From the NCBI GenBank assembly GCA_965153285.1, contig OZ229118.1: a stretch of 64,000 bases of DNA; one strand, written 5' to 3'. This stretch comes from Podarcis tiliguerta (taxonomy: Eukaryota). This document shows, piece by piece, positions 39,847-50,500 of the stretch (positions are counted from its first letter, which is position 1; each line of letters begins with the position of its first letter). The position numbers and the translations under genes were made by a program. The notes under the pieces were generated by a model. The model worked only from the letters and a program-made list of their open reading frames with translations. It made no database searches and was not told the DNA's origin.

Positions 39847-40555
39847 TACAGGGACTCCCGGCCCAGATTAAAACATTTATATGGAGGGTGGAACTGAACC
39901 TTTCCTACTCTTGTTTCGTTTTTCCTTGACATTCTTCCCACCCCTGCCATGGGTGGAAAGCTGCTTTTGCTATGGGAGGAAAAACTATTTGCCATAGGTG
40001 CAAATAGCAGCTTTCAAGAGGAAATGGTCGAAGGAAAAAGGGTTAATCCTTCTCTCTCCACCACCATTTCTATGCCATGTTCGTGTTGCAGATCAAGTCC
40101 CCCTGCAATTTTGTTTAGTGGCAAATACAATCACATAGCACATTGTCCAGATTGGGATCTGAAACAATATGTGGCACCTATCTCCACCCTCTAAGAGGAA
40201 TTCTCCTGTTCAGTATTCTTCCCAACCTAGAACAGCCATAGTTCAGATCAGTTATGGATTTTAAGCAGGGGGAAATATTTTTTATCTTCCTTGTTTGCGT
40301 ATAAGACTTTCTGTTATACTATTTAGTACTTGAGGGCCGGCTGTCATCTCCCAAAATGCTTTATTGCCATTTAGCAAAGTGGTGGTTCTAGAGGGCTGTG
40401 GAATCTGTGGCCCCTCAGATGAACTTCCACTTCTGTCAATCACAGCCAGTGGACCAGTGCATTCTAGGAATTGAATAAAGGTAATAATGAACTCTCTTCT
40501 ACATTTCCATGATACTTACTGCTATTATATTTTGTTCTTTATTAACCATATGTAG

Positions 40556-40681
40556 GTATTAGAAGGAAAGCCCATCTATGTGGACTGCTTTGGGAATCTG
40601 GTACCACTAACAAAGAGTGGCCAGCATCACATATTCAGTTTTTATGCCTTCAAAGAAAATAGACTTCCATTGTTTGTCAAG
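40556..40681 (+). CDS. ANK2: ANK2 exon, UPA domain, 126 nt
   Basis: atgtag|GTATTA...GTCAAG|gtaata; [42 protein letters not shown]. Confidence 0.95.
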
Positions 40682-41114
40682 GTAATAGATACAAGTCCAT
40701 ATCTAAACTTTCATTTTATTTGGTGGCGACTATTCAACAAGCAGAAACAGCCCATCCATATACAGCCAGAAACCACCATTCTTTAACTATTTTAATAATA
40801 GCACCAAAGCTGATGAACTGCATTTCAAGGGCAGTGGTCTACTTTATCTCCTTTTGTGCACCTAGATGTGCAACAGTGCTTCGGCATTTTATGCAATGGA
40901 ATGAAAAACGGCAAATTGGGGGGGGGGGGAGAGTAGTTGCCTGAACATTCACCATGTTTCAAATAAAAACCGAAGATCTATAAAAATGTTGATATCCGCC
41001 CTCTGGCTTTAGATCTCCCTTTGGAGATTCAACATTTTCACTTTAAGGCAAAAATATTAAAGTTTCTTTAAGCAGGGTTTAGTGGCAGTGGGTAAATAGA
41101 ACTTTACTTAGGTA

Positions 41115-41293
41115 CTGTCATACCTCTGGTTGCGAACGTGATCCGTGCAGGAATTCACAATTCGCAGCATTCGCAGCCTTAAGCACTGCGTCTGCACATG
41201 CACATGATGCAATTCGGTGCTTCTGCGCATGTGCAAGCAGTCCGCAACCCAAAAACGCGCAACCCACAGCGTTCATAACCCGAGGTATGACTG
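41115..41293. mobile_element. Tc1/mariner (Tigger-like) MITE, 179 bp
   Basis: TA|CTGTCATACCTCTGGTT...AACCCGAGGTATGACTG|TA; imperfect TIRs, TA TSD. Confidence 0.85.
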
Positions 41294-41411
41294 TATGTCT
41301 TCATCCGTACATTTAATACATTTGCATCGTAAATATTTTATAATTTTGTCTCTGTAGTATTTTATATCTCTTTAAGCTGTAGCATTGTATGTGCTTTGCT
41401 TTTTGCACTAG

Positions 41412-41534
41412 GTCCGAGACACAACACAAGAACCTTGTGGGCGCTTGTCATTTATGAAGGAGCCTAAATCTTCTAGAGGCCTTGTACATCAAGCCATCTG
41501 CAATCTGAATATCACATTGCCAAATTACACAAAG
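41412..41534 (+). CDS. ANK2: ANK2 exon, UPA domain, 123 nt
   Basis: cactag|GTCCGA...ACAAAG|gtactg; [41 protein letters not shown]. Confidence 0.95.
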
Positions 41535-41719
41535 GTACTGCATAATACAATGAAAAGATCTTTGCTCACATACTAGCCGGCACACTGAAATTTCAGAGCT
41601 CCTAATCCCTGGCTTTGTTTTGCACAAACTACAAGGAGTGGCTTATCTTTTGGGTTAAGTGGCTGTGAGTTTTTATTTTTAAGACTTTAATTAAACATTT
41701 TTTAATATTACATATAGAG

Positions 41720-41851
41720 TAGGATTGGGGAGCCCGTGGCCCTCCAGATGTTGCCAAATTACATCTCTCAACATCTCCTCCCATTGGCTGTGCTGGATGC
41801 AGTGGATGGCAGTTAGATCAACATCTGTAAGGTCATAGGTTCCTCACCCCT
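41720..41851. mobile_element. Degenerate palindromic MITE (family of 16455-16592)
   Basis: ggggagcccgtggccctccagatgttg...caacatctgtaaggtcataggttcctcacccct. Confidence 0.7.
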
Positions 41852-42918
41852 AACATAGAGGGTGCATTAATTATAGAGTATTCTCTAGGTGGGTGGCTCT
41901 CACACCATGGCCTTGAATTGGCTCAGCAGCATCGATTTTCTGAGTTAAAAGTGTAAATACTGGGGATTATATATATCCAAAGAGCCAATACCAAAAGAAC
42001 CCATCATATGATACTTTGCAGATTTCTTGAGCATTAAGCCTAGTAGTTTGCTCAGACAGAAGTGTAGTGCTGGAGGAGAAAGACTGCAAAGGCACTTTAG
42101 AGTCTGGGTTCTCATATATATCACCTTCCTGCCCATTCCAAGTTGATCTGTGATCTTCTGTTTATTTGTGTTCATAGGGAAGTCATTAAATGCATAGAAC
42201 AGAGTCTCATGTGCATGATGTGTGTCTTCTCACTTTCATTGGAATTTAAAGTATTACAGATTTAAGCTTGAAAAATCAAATATGAAGAGAGAGCAATTAA
42301 CACATGCAATGTTGTTACATTTTCTTTGACATTCCAACCATGTATTTTCAGGGTTGGCACAAGACCTCCACCGCCACCTCCTCACTTTTGGGGGGTAGCA
42401 GCATAGCATTGCCCTGCTTGCTTTCAACAGTATTTGCTGTTGTCACAGCAATTCGGTGACATTCCTCAGAACAGGACATGCCAAGCAGCCAACAGGAGTG
42501 ATGGTGGGGGCAGCCCTACAGGTGGTGAATGGAGGTTCACAATCTGCTGCCTCTCTCAATCCACTGCCTGAGCCAGCATGGCAAATGGCAGGTCTAATCT
42601 TGTATACTTGGGTCAGGCTTGGTGGTTGAGAAATAGTATCTTGGCTTCTTTGAAATGCAGTAATAAAAATCAAGAAAGAGCCTAAAATATCCAAACAGCT
42701 TCCCACTTTTTACTTATCTTAAGTCCCCAGCTTAAGAAAAATAATGAACTGATTCTCTTGTTCCCTTTTTTTCCTCCTTAGGAAAAAGTGCAGAAATAGT
42801 GTTCGTTTTGTACTCTTGCTAATTGAATATGACCAGAAATCATTATTTTCCTTTAACTGCATCCTATCTTTTCCTGCTCTGTTTTTCTCTTTTCTTGCAT
42901 GGCATATTGGGCTGAAAG

Positions 42919-42951
42919 GAATCAGAATCAGATCAAGAACAGGAAGAAGAG
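42919..42951 (+). CDS. ANK2: ANK2 small exon, 33 nt
   Basis: tgaaag|GAATCA...GAAGAG|gtaatc; ESESDQEQEEE, matching mammalian ANK2 as I recall it. Confidence 0.9.
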
Positions 42952-43922
42952 GTAATCTTGCTAATAGATCAGTACTCTATAAAACCCCTGTGACCAAAAT
43001 TAAAATTCCCTTGGGTATGCATGCGGAAGTTCACCAAGTCTCCCTGCAATGCACTCATTCATGGCCCCAGAGTCCTCGAACTCTGAGGAGCAACTTTTCA
43101 AATTGCAAAGAGCTGCAGCAGGAGGGGGGGGAAGATAAAAACACAGTACGTGTGATCTTTTAAATTTTTATTTGAGAATCTGAGTCATTGTTTATAAATG
43201 CATTTAAAAATAAATAAATAAAATTGATTTTAAAAAAATAAAAATCAGAACTGTTTAGATGCAGAAATAAATATGAAGTTGATTTTTTTAAAAAAATGTC
43301 AGAAATCAGTGCAGTGATACACTACATACTAAAACTCATTCAGATGCAATGCTAACCTATTATAAGAATGAGCCTTAGGTTTGTGCACTCCTTCCTCCTC
43401 TCTATTCCTTCCACGTTTTTGTTTTAGCCACAGTTTATTATCTCCATTTCACCTTGCATTTTAAAATTTAGAAAGGTGGTGATGAATATTATAATAGAGC
43501 TGTATTGTTTCTATCCCCCCCCCCCAAGCAAACATTGCCCTCTCCCTCCAAAGAATTTCCACAAGGTAATAGAACCTTAGATACCTACTGTGTTATCAGA
43601 TGCATAGCTGGCATCTTAGGACATCTCAAGCTATGTACGTGGCTCCTACTTTTTTACTAACAAATGTGCCAATATATTGTTCTTGCACTTTTGCAAGTCG
43701 AGATACGAATAACCTGCTTGCCGCTTCCACCTTCTTCACTGTTTCTCCCTGTCCTGCTCAGTGATCTTTCTGTGCAAATTCCAACTTAGAGCCTAAATGC
43801 AACAAATTAACAATTTAGATTATATAGTTTGATAATAGCAGGAACTAATTACCAAGGTTCATCAGTGGCTTAAAGGCATTGCTAGCTCTTATTAGAATTC
43901 AGCTTGTCTGGACAACCAGTTA

Positions 43923-44165
43923 CCGTATTTTTTGCTCTATAGGACACACTTCCCCCCTCCAAAAATTAAGGGGAAATGTGTGTGCATCCTATGGAGCGAA
44001 TGTTAGCTCCTTGGCTTCAGCAATAGCAACACGAAACCTCCAAAGCGCAGAGGGAGCGCTCCCTCTGCGCTCCGGAGGCTACGCGTTGCTTTCGCTGAAG
44101 CCTGGAGAGCGAGAGAGGTCGGTGTGTCCTATGGTCGGGTGCGTCCTATAGAGCGAAAAATACGG
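43923..44165. mobile_element. Tc1/mariner-superfamily MITE, 243 bp
   Basis: TA|CCGTATTTTTTGCTCTATAGGACACAC...GTGCGTCCTATAGAGCGAAAAATACGG|TA; 27-bp TIRs with 2 mismatches, TA TSD. Confidence 0.9.
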
Positions 44166-44348
44166 TAAGTTGCAATACTTATCAGGAAGGCACTCCAATT
44201 GAATCCAGTGGGTTTTACTTCCAAGAAAGTGTATTTAGGATTGACCTACAGGCTTCAATGGTAAATTGGCTGGTGTTCTAAGGGATATTTCTCACTGGTT
44301 GTTATGACTCAAAGTGCTGTAACCATTTCACTCTGTGTTCTCTTTCAG

Positions 44349-44370
44349 ACTGACATGACATCAGAAAAAC
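44349..44370 (+). CDS. ANK2: ANK2 microexon, 22 nt
   Basis: tttcag|ACTGACATGACATCAGAAAAAC|gtaaga; TDMTSEK(H), phase 0 to 1, matches mammalian IDMTSEKN. Confidence 0.9.
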
Positions 44371-45780
44371 GTAAGATTGTAATAAAAATGTTATTTGTCT
44401 AATCATTAAGTTAAGCATAAGAGAGTGTGCAAATTCTAATTGCCACTGATGATATTAATTTTCTAAAAGAATGATATAATAATGTAAATTTAGCTTTTAG
44501 CTTTTAGATGTTATTAATATGTTACTAATAATTAAAAGTACTAAGACAGTTCATCTAAGCATTCACTTTCCTTTTGACATCCCCTGGTGACCCCTGCTAT
44601 TGCTGTTAGGCTTGTATAAATCCCCATATTTTATTTCATTTTTTATTTTGTATGTATGTTCACATAAAGTCATTGCATTTTATAAGTTAATTACAGTATC
44701 ACCTTTAAAGATTCAGCTTCTATAGACTACCTTCATTAAATTGTTTACATGCAATATGCATGTCCCTGTGTATAAAAGTGATACTGTTTTAAGTAACAAA
44801 GTTCCATAATCCATTCACCCTCTCTTACTTTGGTGAAGTATTTCTGAAAAACATATTTATGTATTGGGACATTGTCACTAGCTATTATTGATTATACCTG
44901 TAGTTGGAAGTGGAGCAGGACAGGAAGGGGAATGATGGCAACAAGTGTTGGGGTAAAATCAGGTCACAAGTTCACTAAATTACAGCTTCCAGGCAGATCA
45001 CGGCATGGACAAAGGACCAAAACAACATGGCAGCCCTGCTACCAGTGATACCTTTCAACCCAGCTGCTGGAAGGTCAGCTTACGCCACTCATGTTGTCTG
45101 CTTTCACGAACCAGAAGCTATGGAAGATACTGCAGAGTGCAAATTGAGCGGAAGTGAGCCATTGGGCCCATAAGGCCGTACTCAACCTGTAGGTGGAGCA
45201 TGTAGTACCCCACTTGCCCTAATGCTGTGGCCCCTGCCCAGTGCCAGTCCCCAGTTAGTTGGGCCAGAGTTCCTGACACGAAAATGAAAAATGAAACAAT
45301 TAACATTTGCTATAAGGGAGGCAAAAATTCTGGAACTAAACAGACATTGACACAGGCAAGTGAAATTCTTTCATGGCCCCATCAGCCAGCAGCTGGAAAC
45401 ATGCAGTAAAAGAAACAGCTGCTTTTTCAGAAGCCTGGAAGGGCAGGGAAGGAAAACACTGCCATGAGTCCAGGCAGGGACTTGAACCTATAGCCCTGGA
45501 GTAGATCAGGTGGCAAAGTTCTCTCCCTAGTTCACCCTAAAAACTCACCCAAGAAAGGTCACCAGGCAGTGCTGAATTGCCAAAGGCAGTTTCCAGGCCA
45601 TAGTGGTTTGGTCTAGGTGGGAGCTGTGCAAGGCAGCCCCATTCTTCCACTGGGCACAGTCGAAGTCCATGGCTAAGGGAAGTAAGAAGTATAAATTAAA
45701 AAAGAGATCGTTACATTCTTAAATAATGAACTGTTTTGTAAAATGACTTCTGTTAATAATAAATAAATGAAAACAAAATT

Positions 45781-46051
45781 ACTTATACCCCGCCCATCTG
45801 ATGGGGTTGCCCCAGCAACTCTGGGTGGCCTCCAACAAAACTAAAAGTATAATAAAACATCAAACATTTAAAACTTCCCAATATAGGGCTGCCTTCAGGT
45901 ATCTTCGGAGAGTTGTATAGTTCTTTATTTCCTTTACATCTGATGGGAGGGCGTTCCACAGGGCGGGCGCCACTACCGAGAAGGCCCTCTGTTCCCTGTA
46001 ACTTCACTTCTTGCAGTGAGGGAACTGCCAGGCCCTCGGAGCTGGACCTCA
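45781..46051 (-). mobile_element. L2 LINE 3' end (lacertid type)
   Basis: tataccccgcccatctg...ccccagcaactctgggtggcctccaaca is the reverse complement of the tail at ~12200-12250; followed by gggagggcgttccacagggcgggcgccactaccgagaaggccct. Confidence 0.8.
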
Positions 46052-46554
46052 AATGATCAGGAAGTTACACTGGAAGCTACTTTTCAGCAGAAGAATGGGA
46101 GGTAAACATTCTTAAAATACATCATTAAATAAATCTTTTCATGCAGAATTGCAGGCTGCCTTGGGTCAGGTTCCTCTGTCTTTACCTCCTCTCTAGTTGG
46201 GCTCCTCCTCTGCTCTGCTTTTCTTCTCCATGATGCTCATTTCTTGGCCTTTTGGTCAAGTTACAATATCATCTAGTCTCAAAGTTCAACCAATTCCACG
46301 CGTTTGTGTTGCTAAATGATAAGAAATTTTAAAATGCTTTCGTTCACACAAAACCCCTGAACAAATATGAGGGAGGAGAGACACATTACTCTGAAGTAAG
46401 TTTTACTGTAAACATATCCCTGATGCTTTATATGTTAATAGTGGGGGTGGGAACAATACTTCACCATAGTATGTTGCATATGATTTTAAGCCTTTTTCAT
46501 TTATAACCATCTTAAGTTTTGTTGGTGTCTTTTTTCCTTTTATTTTATTGTCAG

Positions 46555-46571
46555 GATACTTACCCTGCAAT
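46555..46571 (+). CDS. ANK2: Candidate ANK2 microexon, 17 nt
   Basis: Long pyrimidine tract ...ttattgtcag|GATACTTACCCTGCAAT|gtatgc, TGCATG at 46591; DTYPA(I) in phase 0 to 2, compatible with the acceptor at 47380/47381. Confidence 0.4.
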
Positions 46572-47526
46572 GTATGCAACAGCTTTGCTTTGCATGGAAA
46601 TAACTTGGCTTACATATATATGTATATGTACTGTGTCTATTTGTGTCTGTGTGTGTGTATGTGCCCTGTATGAATGTTTTTGGTTGCCATGCATTACATT
46701 CCCCCCTAACCTATGAATTCTCTGTTGAGCTAGTCACAATTTAAAATTTCCCTTCCCACTTTTTTATATTATCATCATCATCATCTCTTTCCCCGTGATT
46801 TCCCCTCCATTTGTTTGAATAATGAGGATGTTCCAAGGAAAGAACCATTCCTCTTGAAATAAAAGCCTGTGTGTGTCTGTGTCACCATCTGAATGTAAGA
46901 TTCCCCTTAGATGAAATGCCGGTTTGCAGCTGCCTCAGATATCAATGCATTTCATTTCCTCTAGATTATCTCAGAATTAAATGTAAATACACAACTTCTA
47001 ACTTTGGTTCTTAAACAAAAGTTTACAACCGTTTACCTAATTTTGGCTCTGAAGTTTGCTACCACTGGCTTTCTCTTTGAGGAGATCAACTTCCAACCAA
47101 CTTAACAATCTCCCCCCACCCCACACACCTTTGTTCTCTGTTTTTATTTGAACATTGATCTGTAACATCTGGACAATCTTGAGATGCCTACCTTTGTGTA
47201 AATTCCACTATTTCTTTTTCTTGCCCACTTTTGTTTTTCTAGTGTCCTTGGTTGATAAAAGCTTTGGTGTTGTATGTGTGTGTGTGCTGTACTGCGAAAA
47301 CTAAGCAAGTTATTTCCTGCCCACTTTCCTTTTCAGTTTTCCCCCCGTTAGCTTTGCTTTGCTTTTTTTTCCACCCTCAGATTTGTGGATCCACCATACC
47401 CAGACAGTTTTGTTGACCCTCCTACCGCTGCAATCAAAGACAGTCATTTCAGTCCTGATTACATTTTTTCAATCTCTATTTTCGATTTCCATTTATTTCC
47501 AATGTTTTTCCCCATTTGCATCAAAG

Positions 47527-50500
47527 ATGATGATGAAACAGAATCTACAGAAACATCTGTCCTGAAAAGTCACCTTGTCAATGAAGTCCCTGTCCTAGCC
47601 AGCCCAGACTTGCTATCTGAAGTCTCTGAGATGAAACAAGATTTGATTAAAATGAGTGCCATCTTGACCACAGACTCAGCTGAAAAGTCAGGCTCCATTA
47701 AGGTGAAGGACCTTGTGAAAGCTGCCGATGAAGAACCTGGAGAACCATTTGAGATCGTGGAAAGAGTTAAGGAGGATTTGGAAAAAGTGAACGAAATCCT
47801 GAGAAGTGGAAGCTGTCCAAAAGAAGGGCCAGTTCTTCAAAGATCCAGTTCTGAGAAAGAGCTGGCGGAAGAAGAATGGGTCCTTGTAAGCGATGAAGAA
47901 ATAGAACAGGCTAAGCAGAATGCTCCGCTGGAAGTTACCGAGCCTGTTTGCACAGAAACTAGAATAGGCAAAGGGAAAACAGAGAAAGAAAAGAAAGACA
48001 TGGCGGGAATGATCGATCATCTCAGCCAAGATCTAAAAGATTACATGTCACTTAATGAAATGCAGCCTAAGACATTACAAGAAGACATAGTAGAAGAGAG
48101 ATTTGAAGCTGTGGTTGTAAGCAGGGGCTCTGAAAAAGGTGGGGGAAGCCAAGAGAAGAAGCAGGTCCAGCAAAAACCTACCTTGGAAATTAAAAAACCA
48201 GTTAGGAAGAAATTAAAAGATAAACAAAAGCCAAAGGATGAAGAAACCAAAGGAAAGAAAGAACATTCAGGACTAACAAAGTTCAGCTCAGATGAGTCTA
48301 TAGATGAAGAGGTAGGGTTAGCCCCTGCAGAGCCTTCCAAGGCAACAGCTGTGTCTCCTGTTATAGAAGAAACTCCTATTGGCTCAATCAAAGATAAAGT
48401 GAAAGCCCTTCAGAAGAGAGTGGAAGATGAGCAGAAAGGACGTTCAAAATTGCCTGTTCGCACCCCAGGAAAAGAAGGGGCAACCGAGAAGTCTGTTGCA
48501 AAGCTATCGCAGCCTAAAAAAATTATTTACAAAGCGAAACCCCCATCGTCTCCCTCTGCCTCAAAGACCCCAGCTTCCCCCTCTGCCTCAAAAATGCCAG
48601 CTTCCCCTTCTGCCTCAAAAACACCAGCTTCTCCCTCTGCCTCAAAGACTGCAGCCTCCTCCTCTGCCTCAAAGATTCCCGCTTCTCCCTCTGCCTCAAA
48701 GACTGCAGCTTCCCCCTCTGCTTCAAAACTCTCCTCTCCCTCTACTAAGAAGCCAGCTGTTTCTCCCACAACTAAGAAGCCAGCTGTTTCTCCCACATCT
48801 AAAAAGCCACCCGTTTCTCCCACATCTAAGAAGCCACCTGTTTCTCCCACAACCAAGAAGCCGCCTGTTTCACCTTCTTCTAAAACAGAGAGACTTGAAG
48901 AAACGATGTCTGTTCGTGAACTGATGAAAGCCTTCCAGTCAGGTCAAGATCCATCAAAGCATAAGGCTGGACTTTTTGAGCATAAGTCTGTGAAACAGAA
49001 ACAGCAGGTCTCTGAGAAAGAGCCGGCTAAGAAAGGAGCTGCTCAGGCAGACACTGAAAAGAAGCAGGCAATGACACAAAGAGACACACACAAAAAAGAT
49101 AGTCCAAAAGGTAAAAAGAGCCAGGAACCTCAGGCAGAGGCAGGCTTGCAATCTAAGAAAGAGGCACAGGGTACTCTGAAAAAAGATTTAGCCATGCAGC
49201 AGACAAAGCAGCAGAGTAGTAAAACTGCAGAAAAAGATGTTCCAGCAACTGATGATGACAATGCAAAGGGTGTGGCCCTGACATCTGATGACCAAGGGGA
49301 TACTGACCTTCAAATCAGCCCAGACAGAAAGACGTCCACAGATTTTACTGATGTCATAAAGGAAGAGCTTGAGGAGAATGATAAATACCAACAGTTCCGG
49401 CACATTTCAATTACCGAGGAAGGTGAGCTTCACTTAGATCAAGTACTGACCAGTCCATTCAATGTTACATTTCCATCAGAATATGTGAAAGATGGTTTTT
49501 TGCCCGCTCTCTCCTTGCAAAGTGGTGCTCTGGATGGCAGCTCAGAAAGCCTTAAACATGAAGGCATAGCAGATTCTCCAGTTGGTAGCCTGCTCGATGG
49601 GACCCCTCAGATCAGCTCTGAGGAAAGTTATAAGCATGAGGGATTGGCCGAAACTCCAGAAACAAGCCCCGAGAGCCTCTCTTTTTCACCAAAGAAAACA
49701 GAAACTGCTGACCAGATGGAAGAAACAGAATTAGCCAGTACAGTGCAGAGAGCAGCAGAGGCACATTCACCAAAGGGACTTTCTCCAACAAAAAGTGAAA
49801 GGACTGTTGCTGACAAAGACATAAAAGTTATAATCGGCTCAGAGTCCCTCTCTCCTCGTTTGTCAGAAGAAGTAGAAGTTACAACCTCCAAAGAAGAGAT
49901 AGGCAAATGTACAGATTCTAGCTCAACATTGATTGATAAGGATGCTGTCAGGGATGAGTTATCTATGGCTACTGAGCAAGGACATTTAACTAAGTTATCT
50001 GAAGTGCATGATACTATTTTAGAGAAAGAGGATCAGGCATCCTTTGAGCACCATGCCATTAGTAGAGGACTGGAGCTTTCACTTCCTAGCCAAGACAGTG
50101 AAGGTCTTAGCCCAGTTGCAGATGAATCCTTAGCTATAAGCCATAAAGATTCATTAGAAGCAAGCCCAGTACTGGAAGATAATTCCTCCCGTAAAACACC
50201 CGATTCCCTTGAGCCTAGTCCTACCAAAGAATCCCCCTGCCGCGATTCTCTTGAAAGCAGCCCCGTAGAACAGAAAACAAAGACTGGCTTCCCTCCAGGA
50301 CCTGGTCCCATGCAGGCTGCCTTTGCCAAAGCAGAAAACTTCCCAGAGCTGACACCTGTGCGATCTAGACTTTTACGTGACCCCGATGGCAGTGCTGAAG
50401 ATGACAGTTTAGAGCAAACCTCTCTTATGGAAAGCTCAGGGAAAAGCCCTCTTTCACCCGAGACTCCCAGCTCCGAAGAAATTAGTTATGAAATCACACC

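Noticed and set aside
1908-43525. Frequent isolated poly-G/poly-C runs of 9-13 nt
   Set aside because: Scattered single homopolymers without consistent position or four-tract G-quadruplex arrangement; treated as background low complexity.
48540-48887. CRISPR-like array or other prokaryotic system
   Set aside because: The repeats are contiguous in-frame coding units without spacers, and the whole window is a spliced vertebrate gene.
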